DNA of 64,000 bases from Clostridia bacterium. Lineage in GTDB: Bacteria > Bacillota > Clostridia > UMGS1883 > UMGS1540. The stretch spans positions 1 to 64,000 of the forward strand of contig JAZSIR010000002.1 in the NCBI GenBank assembly GCA_045533905.1. The letters are read 5' to 3'. The notes under the pieces are model-generated. The model saw nothing but the letters and a program-made list of their open reading frames with translations. It was not told the DNA's origin and made no database searches. Positions 10,675 to 19,983 of this stretch are shown here, piece by piece (positions within the stretch are counted from its first letter, which is position 1; each line of letters starts with the position of its first letter). The translations under genes were made by a program, and so were the position numbers.

Positions 10675-12261
10675 ATGCAGGAAAAGAAAACCGCTTCCTT
10701 TATCAGCGGCGCCGCCGTACTGATGGCCGCAAACCTTCTCGTAAAGGTGATTGGCCTTGCTTTTAAGGTGCCGCTTACATATTTAATCGGCGAAGAAGGT
10801 ATGGGCCATTTTGCAGATGCCTATACCATCTATACGTGGCTTTTTGTGCTTGCCACCGCCGGCCTTCCCGTAGCCATTTCCAAAATGGTTTCGGAGAGTG
10901 CAGCCCTCGGCAAAACGGCAGAAGTGCGGCGTATTCTGCGCGTAAGCCTTCTGTTTCTTCTCGGACTTGGCGTTTTGGGGACTGCGGTGCTCTTCTTCTT
11001 TGCGGAGCCGCTTGCGCATCTTATCGGGAACCCGCTCGCATCTGCAGGCATCCGCGCTGTGGCGCCTGCGATGCTTTTCGTCTCGCTTATGTCCGCCTTC
11101 CGCGGCTTTTTCCAGGGAAAGCAGGATATGGTGCCTACGGCGGTAAGCGAGGTTTCGGAAGCGCTTGGCAAGCTCCTCTTCGGGTATTTCCTGGCCTCCG
11201 TTTTTCTTTCGCTGGGTGTTGAAATGGGCGCTGCAGGCGCCGTTGCCGGTGTTTCTGCAGGTGCAGGCCTTGGCCTTCTCTCCCTCACCGTTTTGTTCCT
11301 TATAAAAAAGAAGCATCTTTTTGGAAATACTGCCTCCGCCGAAAGTGAAAAAAGCGGCGTGCTTTTCAAAAAGCTCATTTCCATTGCCATTCCCATTACC
11401 ATCGGCGCTTCCGTTTTCAGTCTTACAAGCGTTATTGATATGGCGATGATCAAGCATAATCTTATTGCGGCAGGTTTCTCCCTCGAAGAAGCTGTTCGCC
11501 TCTGGGGCTCCTACTCCGGCTATGCCGTGCCGCTTTTCAATATGCCGCCGGCGCTACTGACGGCAATCAGCATAAGTCTTGTGCCTGCGGTAGCTTCTGC
11601 TTTTATCAGCGGCAGCAAAAAGAAGGCCGAAGCGAGCGTTCTCTCCTCCATCCGGATTACGACGCTCTTTGCCCTCCCCGCATCTGCCGGCATTTCTCTT
11701 TTGGCAACGCCAATCCTCGGGCTTATCTATCATAATACAAACGCTTCCTCTATGCTTTCCATTCTCGGCTGGGCAATCGTGTTCGTTTCCCTTGTGCAGG
11801 TCACAAACGCTATTTTGCAGGCCGTCGGCAAAGTGTATGTACCCGTTTTACATATGATACTCGGCGGCATCTTAAAGATAGGCATCAATTACTTTCTCGT
11901 TTCCAATCCCGAAATTCATATTAACGGCGCGCCCATCGGTACGCTCGCCTGTTATACGCTGATACTGGTATTGAACCTTATCGCCATCCACCGTGTGCTG
12001 CACGTGCGCTACAGCTTCGGCGATATGCTTCTCCGCCCGCTTGTGGCTACCGGTATTATGGGTGGGGTTGTGCTTCTTCTCTACACCTTCTCCCTCCCCT
12101 TTGGCCGCCTTTTCTCCGTTGCCATTCCCATTTTGGGCGGCGTAGTCACATACGGTGCGATGCTTCTATTCCTTCGCGCCATCCGCGAGGAGGATGTTCT
12201 GCTCCTTCCCAAAGGTGAAGCCCTTGCCCGTATTTTGAAGCGAACAAAACTTTTACGATAG
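10675..12261 (+). CDS. MOP-superfamily flippase (SpoVB/YabM polysaccharide biosynthesis protein)
   Basis: ~14 TM; GLPVAISKMVSE, RGFFQG, adjacent to mazG/yabN. Confidence 0.88.
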   Translation: MQEKKTASFISGAAVLMAANLLVKVIGLAFKVPLTYLIGEEGMGHFADAYTIYTWLFVLATAGLPVAISKMVSESAALGKTAEVRRILRVSLLFLLGLGVLGTAVLFFFAEPLAHLIGNPLASAGIRAVAPAMLFVSLMSAFRGFFQGKQDMVPTAVSEVSEALGKLLFGYFLASVFLSLGVEMGAAGAVAGVSAGAGLGLLSLTVLFLIKKKHLFGNTASAESEKSGVLFKKLISIAIPITIGASVFSLTSVIDMAMIKHNLIAAGFSLEEAVRLWGSYSGYAVPLFNMPPALLTAISISLVPAVASAFISGSKKKAEASVLSSIRITTLFALPASAGISLLATPILGLIYHNTNASSMLSILGWAIVFVSLVQVTNAILQAVGKVYVPVLHMILGGILKIGINYFLVSNPEIHINGAPIGTLACYTLILVLNLIAIHRVLHVRYSFGDMLLRPLVATGIMGGVVLLLYTFSLPFGRLFSVAIPILGGVVTYGAMLLFLRAIREEDVLLLPKGEALARILKRTKLLR

Positions 12262-12270
12262 GAGACCTTT

Positions 12271-13047
12271 ATGAAATACACATTCGAAGATTTACTGCAC
12301 GTAATCGAAAAGCTCCGTGCGCCCGGCGGTTGCCCCTGGGATGCTGAGCAGACACACGAGAGCATCAAAAAAAATCTGATTGAAGAAGCATATGAAGCGA
12401 CGGAAGCTATCGACAGCGGAAACGGCGCCGTGATGGCGGATGAGCTCGGTGACCTTCTTCTGCAGATTGTGTTTCATTCGCAAATCGGCAAGGAGGAAGG
12501 CGCCTTTACGATTGACGATGTAACCACTGCGATTTGCGAAAAGATGATTCGCCGCCACCCGCACGTATTTGCGGATGTTACCGTGAAAGACAGCGCTGAG
12601 GTTCTCGCCAACTGGGAAGAAATCAAAAAGAAGGAAAAAGGCCAGCGCTCGCGCACGGAATCGATGCAAACGGTTTCCCGCTATCTGCCTGCCCTAATGC
12701 GCGCAGGCAAGGTGCAGGAAAAGGCCGCAAAGGTCGGCTTTGACCACGCGTGTGCTGCAGACGCGCTTTCTAAGGTGCGTGAGGAAGCGGACGAGCTTTC
12801 TGCCGCACTTCGGGAAAATACGAATGTTTCGGAAGAAATCGGGGATTTGTTATTTGCCGCGGTAAACACGGCACGTCTTGCGGGCGTAGATGCTGAGGAG
12901 GCACTCACCGCCGCCACCGACAAATTCGTCCGCCGCTTTGCTTTTATAGAGGAAACAGCGCATAAAAGCGGAAAAACATTAGATACTATGTCCATAAACG
13001 AAATGGATGATTTGTGGAATTTATCCAAAAATGGCGAAATAAAATAA
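12271..13047 (+). CDS. mazG: nucleoside triphosphate pyrophosphohydrolase MazG
   Basis: LRAPGGCPWDAEQTHES, EEAYE, DELGDLL, RRHPHVF. Confidence 0.96.
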   Translation: MKYTFEDLLHVIEKLRAPGGCPWDAEQTHESIKKNLIEEAYEATEAIDSGNGAVMADELGDLLLQIVFHSQIGKEEGAFTIDDVTTAICEKMIRRHPHVFADVTVKDSAEVLANWEEIKKKEKGQRSRTESMQTVSRYLPALMRAGKVQEKAAKVGFDHACAADALSKVREEADELSAALRENTNVSEEIGDLLFAAVNTARLAGVDAEEALTAATDKFVRRFAFIEETAHKSGKTLDTMSINEMDDLWNLSKNGEIK

Positions 13048-13052
13048 AAAAA

Positions 13053-13079
13053 GAAGGAAAAATTACACAAATGTCGAAT
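13053..13079 (+). promoter_or_regulatory. sigmaH-type promoter of hup overlapping a Spo0A box
   Basis: GAAGGA-N17-GAAT; TGTCGAA 0A box at 13072-13078. Confidence 0.55.
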
Positions 13080-13134
13080 CTCTTATAGTGTGGTGTAAAA
13101 TACCATACAAATACCGTTTTATGGAGGTCGCAAA

Positions 13135-13407
13135 ATGAACAAAAGTGAATTTGTTGCAGCCATTGCAACACAGGCCGGTCTTTCCAAGAAAGATGCTGAA
13201 AGCTTTGTAAACGCTTTCTCTCAGTGCATCACAGGTGCTCTCGCTAAAGATGATAAGGTACAGCTCGTAGGTTTCGGTACATTTGAAACCAGAAAGCGCG
13301 CAGCACGCGAAGGTATTAACCCGCAGACAAAGAAGAAAATCACCATTCCCGCATCCAAGTCCCCGGCATTCAAGGCCGGCAAGGCTCTTCGTGATGCTGT
13401 CAACTAA
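13135..13407 (+). CDS. hup: DNA-binding protein HU
   Basis: MNKSEFV..VQLVGFGTFETRKRAAREGINPQT..PAFKAGKALRDAV. Confidence 0.98.
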   Translation: MNKSEFVAAIATQAGLSKKDAESFVNAFSQCITGALAKDDKVQLVGFGTFETRKRAAREGINPQTKKKITIPASKSPAFKAGKALRDAVN

Positions 13408-13427
13408 AGTTTTTGCATAATAAGAAC

Positions 13428-13460
13428 AAGGCACACGGCCATAAAGGCCGCGTGCCTTTT
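13428..13460 (+). terminator. intrinsic terminator after hup
   Basis: AAGGCACACGGCC-ataaa-GGCCGCGTGCCTTTT hairpin plus T tract. Confidence 0.7.
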
Positions 13461-13495
13461 CATTTTTATAAACTTTTTTTCAAAACTCCCTCAAA

Positions 13496-13528
13496 CTGAC
13501 ATTTTTTTCCTTTCCGGTTTGCTATACT
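13496..13528 (+). promoter_or_regulatory. spoIIE promoter with long (21 bp) spacer
   Basis: CTGACA-N21-TATACT; over-long spacing is characteristic of Spo0A-activated spoIIE/spoIIG promoters. Confidence 0.5.
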
Positions 13529-13563
13529 GATAGGACAAACCGGTAAGAAAGGATGTCTCAATT

Positions 13564-15879
13564 TTGGATTTTGAAGCTCGTGCCGGCGGCCGCACGGCGT
13601 TTTCACGCCTTCGCCCCGCGCAAAAAGTATCTGTTCGTACTGTAGGTTTTTTCCTGTTCGCCTTTCTCCTTTCGAAAGCTTCGCTTTTTGGAGAAATTAT
13701 GCCGTTCGGGGCGGCACTCTATGCCACATTTTACTATACGGCTCCACCCATCGCCATCGGTGCGCTTTCTGTTTCGGCGCTCCTTTTTCCTGAATTTATG
13801 CCCGTGCTTGCCATAAAATATGCCCTTGCCATTCTGCTTTTTTCTTTTATCGCGGCAAAGCACGGGAATATCATTCTCGCTTCACCCCTTTCGCGCGGGG
13901 CCGTGATGGGCGGATGCGTATTCGCTGCCGGGCTCTTTATGCTTTTAGGTGGCCAGCTTCTGATGTATGACTGCTTCCTGCTTGTTCTGGAGGCCGGCAT
14001 TATCACAGCCTCTGTCTGCCTTTTTCAGCATACCCGTATGATTTTCTCGGGCAAAAAAACGCTTTCCTCTCCTTTGGACATGCTCTCCGTTTCCGCCGTC
14101 TCCGGCATCATCATTTTAGGCGTTTCCGGGTTCCTTTTTCTTCTGCCCCTTTCGCTCACCATTCCGCTTTCCGTACTGGCCATTCTTCTTCTGACACACG
14201 AAAGCGGCCTTGAAAGCGGTGCGATCGCCGGCACCACGCTTGGGCTTCTGGCAATGCTCGAAAGCGGAGATCCCGTTTTAGGCGCCTTTGCCACTTCCGG
14301 TATGGCCGCAGGGTATTTTTCAAAATACGGGCGTGCCGGTGCCTCTCTTGCCTTCGTCTGTGCCGCAGCCGCCGTCACCTTCTACACCGGCGGCACCACG
14401 GAGATGGTTCTGCATATTTCCGAAACACTGGCGCCCGCGCTTATCTATCTCGCGATTCCGCCCGGCCTTTTAGGGAAGCTTTCTTCTGCCTCACCACTCG
14501 AAAAAGACCGCCATTCGCGTGCAAGTTCCTTCCTTGTGCACGAACTTCGTGAAAAGGCCGAGGCCTTTTCCAAGCTTTCCTGTGCCTTCACCGATATCAC
14601 AGACAAAAAGCTTTTCGCCACAGGCAGTTCAGCCGCTTCCTTTTTTGAAAAAGCGGTGCGCTATGCCTGCGAAGGGTGTAAAAAATCAGATTTTTGTTGG
14701 AAACAGGAATTTCATCGCACCTATGCTTCCTTTTTTGTGATGCTGGAACTCGCCTGCAAAAAGGGCGAAATCACGCGGGATGACATCCCCATTTCCCTTG
14801 CGGAAAAGTGCATCCGCCCGCCGCTTCTCCCCGAAGCCTTTAATCATATGTATGAAGTGTACCGCACAAGTCTCCTTTGGGAAGCGCGCACAGAGGAAGC
14901 GCGCGGCCTTGTTGCAAGGCAGCTTTCTTCTGTAGCACATATTCTGGAAAGTATGGAAAAAGCCGTGCGACGGGATCTTTTTGAAAACGAAAAGATGGAG
15001 GAAATTTTGCGTGCTTCGTTCGCAGAACGAGGCATCGCCGTGCAGAATCTCTCTGTCCTTGAAGGACGGCGCGGGGCGCTTTCCGTCCAGCTTTGCACCG
15101 ATCCCAAAACACCAGGGAATCTCATTTCGGAAATCGTCTCCAAGGGACTGCGGCTGCCGCTCGAAATCACAAGCGAGCAAGACGGCCACTTCTGTCTCTC
15201 CCCGCATGGTAGGCTTCGCCTGGCCGTCAGCGGAGAAACGAAGGCGCGCGAGGGAAGCCCCAAAAGCGGTGACAATTTTGAAAGTCTTTATCTTGAAAAC
15301 GGCTACTATTTTCTCGCCATATCCGACGGTATGGGTAGCGGGCTTCGGGCTTCCGAGGACAGCCGCGCCGCGCTCAGTATGCTCCGCACCCTTTTCCGCG
15401 CAGGGTTTGATGCCGAAACGGCTGTGGGCCTTGTAAACTCTGTTTTAGTGCTTCGCTCAGCGGAAGATGCCTTTGCCACGCTTGACCTTCTTCTCGTAAA
15501 TACACACAGCCTGGAAGCGGAATTTATGAAGGCAGGCGCCGCTGCAAGCTTTATCCGCCACGGGAAGGATGTGCGCACCTATGCGGCCGGCTCACTCCCT
15601 GCCGGTATGCTCACAAAGCCCGACCTTGCGCACCTTCGCGCAAAACTCGCCCCCGGCGATATGATTGTGATGCTTTCCGACGGCGCGGCGGAGCCCGGCG
15701 CATCTCCCAAAGGCACTGCCTGGGTTTCGGAAGCCATCGCTTCCTATGACGGGGACGACCCGCATGCGCTTATGCAGATTATCCTTCAGCTTGCAAAGGA
15801 AAAAAGTGGCGGACACGTGCGCGATGATATGACCGTGCTTTGCGCCGCCGCACACCGCGCGGAGGATTTTATTGCATAG
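13564..15879 (+). CDS. spoIIE: stage II sporulation protein E (PP2C phosphatase)
   Basis: N-terminal TM block, CxxC..CW region, SGD..SDGMGSG..ATLD..K.GA..SDG..DDMTV PP2C motifs. Confidence 0.93.
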   Translation: MDFEARAGGRTAFSRLRPAQKVSVRTVGFFLFAFLLSKASLFGEIMPFGAALYATFYYTAPPIAIGALSVSALLFPEFMPVLAIKYALAILLFSFIAAKHGNIILASPLSRGAVMGGCVFAAGLFMLLGGQLLMYDCFLLVLEAGIITASVCLFQHTRMIFSGKKTLSSPLDMLSVSAVSGIIILGVSGFLFLLPLSLTIPLSVLAILLLTHESGLESGAIAGTTLGLLAMLESGDPVLGAFATSGMAAGYFSKYGRAGASLAFVCAAAAVTFYTGGTTEMVLHISETLAPALIYLAIPPGLLGKLSSASPLEKDRHSRASSFLVHELREKAEAFSKLSCAFTDITDKKLFATGSSAASFFEKAVRYACEGCKKSDFCWKQEFHRTYASFFVMLELACKKGEITRDDIPISLAEKCIRPPLLPEAFNHMYEVYRTSLLWEARTEEARGLVARQLSSVAHILESMEKAVRRDLFENEKMEEILRASFAERGIAVQNLSVLEGRRGALSVQLCTDPKTPGNLISEIVSKGLRLPLEITSEQDGHFCLSPHGRLRLAVSGETKAREGSPKSGDNFESLYLENGYYFLAISDGMGSGLRASEDSRAALSMLRTLFRAGFDAETAVGLVNSVLVLRSAEDAFATLDLLLVNTHSLEAEFMKAGAAASFIRHGKDVRTYAAGSLPAGMLTKPDLAHLRAKLAPGDMIVMLSDGAAEPGASPKGTAWVSEAIASYDGDDPHALMQIILQLAKEKSGGHVRDDMTVLCAAAHRAEDFIA

Positions 15880-15932
15880 TGCTTCCGCTTTTGGGATAAA
15901 CTACCGAGTAGAAATACGGCCGGAGGTGCAAA

Positions 15933-16187
15933 GTGAAAAGTAAAAAAGTATTCGTTGTAAAAAATTTCAAATCCCCATATATTGAAGAGGCTATTTTTAT
16001 CCTGCGGGAAAATGCGCCTTCGGATGCCGCGCCGCGTGATGCGGTCCTCGAAGCGGAAGCGCTTGTGACGGGGTATCTCTCAGGTCTTTCCGGCCTGATG
16101 CCGCCCCAAAAGAAAAAACGCCGTCTGTTTTTTGCGGCGTGCGCGTTCCTTTCGCTTTCCTCTTTTGTGTGGCTTCTTCTCCGATAG
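15933..16187 (+). CDS. small hypothetical protein with C-terminal TM anchor
   Basis: GGAGG RBS, GTG start; K.V.VVKN..S..IEEAIFILR pattern; possible sigmaF/G-like GCATA-N15-GGATAAACT upstream. Confidence 0.7.
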   Translation: MKSKKVFVVKNFKSPYIEEAIFILRENAPSDAAPRDAVLEAEALVTGYLSGLSGLMPPQKKKRRLFFAACAFLSLSSFVWLLLR

Positions 16188-16199
16188 AGAAGTGAATAT

Positions 16200-16239
16200 A
16201 AAAGGAGCTGTAAAAACCTAAGTTTTTACAGCTCCTTTT
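16200..16239. terminator. bidirectional terminator
   Basis: AAAAGGAGCTGTAAAAAC-ctaa-GTTTTTACAGCTCCTTTT, 18-bp perfect arms between convergent genes. Confidence 0.85.
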
Positions 16240-16241
16240 TA

Positions 16242-17339
16242 TTATGCAATGCCGTGAATATCTTCCCGTAAGATGCGGTATGCCGCTGCTGCAATCGGCA
16301 CGCCGAGGAGCATACCGAGAACGCCGAAAATACCGCCACCGACTGTAATCGCCGCAAGCACCCATATACTCGGAAGGCCTGTCGACGCGCCTACCACGCG
16401 CGGATAAATGAGGTTTCCTTCAAACTGCTGCAGCACCACGATTAAAACGAGGAACATCAGCGCCTCTATCGGGGAAACGGCCAGAATCAGAAGCGCACCA
16501 AGCGCCGCGCCGATATAGGCCCCTGCAATGGGAATTAGCGATGTAAAGGCAATGAGCGCGCCAATCATCGTGGGGAACGGTAAGCCGAAAATAATCATAC
16601 AAACTGTGCAAAGCACGCCGAGAATGACGGCTTCTGTGCACTGGCCCACGATATAGCGATGGAATGCCTCATTCAAAACGCGGCAGACATAAATCGTTTT
16701 TTCGTATGCCCCGGCCGGCAGGTAATGCCTCGCGGCATTTTTCGCCTGTCTTCCGATCGTATCCTTCGAACCAAGGAGATAGATGGAGAAAATAAGACTC
16801 AAAAAGCCCGTGACAGCGCCGGAAATGACGGAGGTTACTACTTTGACCACAACGCCCATCACATCGCCCACACCGCTTGTAAGCGCTTTGGCGATGGCGC
16901 CGATGCGGCTCTGCCAGTCAAAGTTTTCCAAAACGGCAAGAACCTCCGGCGAAAACAGCCTCCATTTTTTCGCCCAGTCCACAATTCTTTGTATTGCACC
17001 GGGGAGTGCCTCAAAAAGGAGCTGAATACAAGAGGACAGCTGCGGGATAATCAGGGCTACTACAAGCGCGATAACGGCAAGGAGCGTGAGAAATGCGCCG
17101 ATAAGGCAGACAGGTCTTCTGCTCTTTGCCAGAAAGCCTTTCTTCTTTTTCGGGAAATAGTGCTTTTCATACCGTACCATTAAAATATTCACAAGGTATG
17201 CCACGATCGCCCCGACCAAAAGCGGGGACGCCGCGCGAAAGAGTGCCGCTAAAAATGCGGCGATTTTTTCCCAGTAATACACAAAAAGATACAAAGCCGC
17301 CACAAGGCCTGCTGTTATGGCATACGTATTCCGTTTCAT
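16242..17339 (-). CDS. AI-2E family transporter (UPF0118)
   Basis: LIPIAGAYIG, QQFEGNLIYPRVVG, GGIFGVLGMLLGVP motifs. Confidence 0.92.
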   Translation of the reverse strand: MKRNTYAITAGLVAALYLFVYYWEKIAAFLAALFRAASPLLVGAIVAYLVNILMVRYEKHYFPKKKKGFLAKSRRPVCLIGAFLTLLAVIALVVALIIPQLSSCIQLLFEALPGAIQRIVDWAKKWRLFSPEVLAVLENFDWQSRIGAIAKALTSGVGDVMGVVVKVVTSVISGAVTGFLSLIFSIYLLGSKDTIGRQAKNAARHYLPAGAYEKTIYVCRVLNEAFHRYIVGQCTEAVILGVLCTVCMIIFGLPFPTMIGALIAFTSLIPIAGAYIGAALGALLILAVSPIEALMFLVLIVVLQQFEGNLIYPRVVGASTGLPSIWVLAAITVGGGIFGVLGMLLGVPIAAAAYRILREDIHGIA

Positions 17340-17408
17340 ATTTCTCCTTTCCGGGGGATGCTTTTTTTTCTTACTATGCCCCGCCTTCTCATCCCATATT
17401 CTCTGTTT

Positions 17409-18008
17409 TCAAAGTGCCACGCCTGTGATGCGGCTGATTTCCTGCCAGAGTTCTTCTTTACCTGTTCCCTTTTCTGCCGAGAACGGAATGAGGGTATCTT
17501 CTTCCGTAAGCGCCAGTGTTTTCCGGATCACTTCCATATGCTCGGGAATCTTGGTAACGCCAAGTTTATCACATTTTGTGGCCACGACCGTAACCTCACC
17601 GAAACGCGATTTAATCCAGCTGTACATCATCGCATCCTGCGCCGTAGGCTTATGCCGGGCATCCACCAAAAGAAGAACGCCGGAAAGCTGCGCACGCGTT
17701 TCGAGATACGTGTTAATCATTTTTGCCCACTTTTCCTGCTCATCCCGGGAAACACGGGCAAAGCCGTAACCGGGCAAGTCTACGAAAAAGAGCGTATCGT
17801 CGATATTATAAAAATTAATGGTAGCCGTTTTGCCGGGGGTTGCACTCGTTCTCGCGAGTTTGTTACGATTTAGGAGCTTATTGATGCAGGAGGATTTTCC
17901 GACATTGGAGCGCCCGGCGAGTGCAATTTCTGCCATAGCCGTCTGCGGGTACTGACGGGGCTGTACCGCGGAAATAGTCAGCGCCGCATTATGAATATTC
18001 AGCTGCAT
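17409..18008 (-). CDS. engB: ribosome biogenesis GTPase YsxC/EngB
   Basis: GRSNVGKSS, ARTSATPGKT, DLPGYG, TKCDK. Confidence 0.96.
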   Translation of the reverse strand: MQLNIHNAALTISAVQPRQYPQTAMAEIALAGRSNVGKSSCINKLLNRNKLARTSATPGKTATINFYNIDDTLFFVDLPGYGFARVSRDEQEKWAKMINTYLETRAQLSGVLLLVDARHKPTAQDAMMYSWIKSRFGEVTVVATKCDKLGVTKIPEHMEVIRKTLALTEEDTLIPFSAEKGTGKEELWQEISRITGVAL

Positions 18009-18637
18009 AAAATCCCTCCCAGCTCTGAAACTGTTTCTACAATGTATTCCGGTTGTATACGGCGAAGGGCATCCTTATCGCCGAATCCGTATAAAACGCC
18101 GACCGTCGGAAGGCCGTTTGCACGGGCGCCCTCCACGTCGTACACCGTGTCCCCCACCATAATGAGGTTTTTTCCTTCCGCCTTCGTTTTGACAAGTGCC
18201 ACTATTTTTTCCTTACTGTCAAGGTTTTTATCCATACCGGCGCCTATAATCTCTTTGAAATAACCGGCAAGTCCCACGTGCGAAAGGAGTGTTTTCGAAT
18301 ACGCCGTCGGCTTTGCCGTGGCCACAAAAAGCTCTTTCCCCGCACGGGAAAGTTCCTCTAGAAGCTCGCGGATGCCTTCGTACGGCGTTGCTTGATATAC
18401 ACCTGTTTGTGTATAATATTCGCGGTATTTTGCCAAAAGCACCTCGGCCGTATCCGCGTCCACCCCGCAGTACTTCTGAAAAGAAGCACGAAGCGGCGGC
18501 CCTACAAACTTTTCGCGCACTTCGTAGGAAAGCGGCGGAAGGGAGAGGGCGGAAAGGGCATACGCCACCCCGTTGGTAATACCGGGCGCGCTGTTTACAA
18601 GCGTGCCGTCCAAGTCAAAAAGAATCGTATCGTACAT
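17999..18637 (-). CDS. HAD-superfamily hydrolase (5'-nucleotidase/phosphoglycolate phosphatase-like)
   Basis: FDLDGTL, VGPPL, ATAK, MVGDTVYD motifs. Confidence 0.9.
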   Translation of the reverse strand: MYDTILFDLDGTLVNSAPGITNGVAYALSALSLPPLSYEVREKFVGPPLRASFQKYCGVDADTAEVLLAKYREYYTQTGVYQATPYEGIRELLEELSRAGKELFVATAKPTAYSKTLLSHVGLAGYFKEIIGAGMDKNLDSKEKIVALVKTKAEGKNLIMVGDTVYDVEGARANGLPTVGVLYGFGDKDALRRIQPEYIVETVSELGGILCS

Positions 18638-18683
18638 ATATATTCTCCTATGGAGAAAGCCGCACAAAGGCGGCCGTTTCTCA

Positions 18684-19082
18684 TTAGTTTCGAATCAGAT
18701 TTCTCCAGTCCAGATCGCCGCGGGAAAGGCCTAAAACCAAAACCTCTGCGGTGGCCATATTCGTAGCAATCGGAATGGTGTGCACATCGCAAAGGCGAAG
18801 CACGGCGGCAACATCCGGCTCATACGGCATTGCCGTCAGCGGATCCTCAAAAAACAAAACGAGGTCAATTTCATTATAGGCAATGCGGGCACCGATTTGC
18901 TGGTCGCCCCCTTCTGCGCCGGATAAAAACTTCTGCACCGGAAGGCCTGTGGTCTCCTCCACAAGGTCACCCGTGCCGGCGGTGGAATACAAATTATGCT
19001 GTACCAAAACGGCTTTATATGCTGTACAGAACTGCACCATGAGTTCTTTTTTCTTATCGTGTGCAATAAGTGCTATATTCAT
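18684..19082 (-). CDS. mgsA: methylglyoxal synthase
   Basis: [44 protein letters not shown]. Confidence 0.95.
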   Translation of the reverse strand: MNIALIAHDKKKELMVQFCTAYKAVLVQHNLYSTAGTGDLVEETTGLPVQKFLSGAEGGDQQIGARIAYNEIDLVLFFEDPLTAMPYEPDVAAVLRLCDVHTIPIATNMATAEVLVLGLSRGDLDWRNLIRN

Positions 19083-19120
19083 ATGTACCCCTCTATTCTG
19101 TCAAAATTTTTATGAAAATC

Positions 19121-19900
19121 CTATTTTCCGCGGGCGAAAAGTCTTCTTTTTTTCAGGCGCATACGAAGAAGCGGCACTTCCTCGCCCTCAAGGCGCCTTG
19201 CAATATTTTTGTATGCCTTGCCTGCGCGGCTTTTTTTGTTCGTGATGCAAAGTGCGCGCCCAAGACTCTGCAGAATTACATTTTCATCCTCGGGCACAAT
19301 CCCCAAAAGCTCTACCCCGAGCCAGTCGAGCACCTCGCCCACGCTCAGCATAATCCCCTTTTTCACAAGTTCGGGACGGGCGCGGTTCAAAATCAGATGG
19401 CTTTTTTCAAGACCCTTTTTCGAAAGCTCCTCCAGCACCTTATCTGCATCCCGCACGGCCGCCGTTTCCGCGATGGTGACCACAAGCGCGCGGTCAGCAC
19501 AGAAAATGGCATTCTGGAAGCCGCGGTCAATGCCTGCGGGAGAATCAATCAGAATATAATCATAGGTATCGCGGAGTTCTTTACATAAAAGCGCCAGTCT
19601 TTCCGGATCCACATCTTCTTTGTTTCGTGTCTGCGATGCGGCCAGAAGGTGAAGATTCGGGATTTCCTCGTGGCGGATGAGTGCCTGCCGCAAGCGGCAT
19701 TTCTGCTCCAGTACATCCACAAGGTCATATACAACTCGTTCATCGAGCCCCAGTGCCACATCCAGGTTACGAAGGCCGATATCGAGATCTAAAACTACGA
19801 CAGATTTTCCCGCCGTTGCAAGTGCCGCAGAAAGGCCCGCTGTGGTTGCCGTTTTCCCTACGCCGCCTTTTCCGGATGCAATTACGACTATCTCACCCAT
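19121..19900 (-). CDS. minD: septum site-determining ATPase MinD
   Basis: SGKGGVGKT, DLDIGLRNLD, DSPAGI, AVRDAD. Confidence 0.96.
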   Translation of the reverse strand: MGEIVVIASGKGGVGKTATTAGLSAALATAGKSVVVLDLDIGLRNLDVALGLDERVVYDLVDVLEQKCRLRQALIRHEEIPNLHLLAASQTRNKEDVDPERLALLCKELRDTYDYILIDSPAGIDRGFQNAIFCADRALVVTIAETAAVRDADKVLEELSKKGLEKSHLILNRARPELVKKGIMLSVGEVLDWLGVELLGIVPEDENVILQSLGRALCITNKKSRAGKAYKNIARRLEGEEVPLLRMRLKKRRLFARGK

Positions 19901-19983
19901 ATTTCCCCTCCATAGAAAGCCTTACTAAAAGTAGTATACCATATTTTTGAAAAAGAGTCTACCCTTTTTCCGGATTTTTTGTT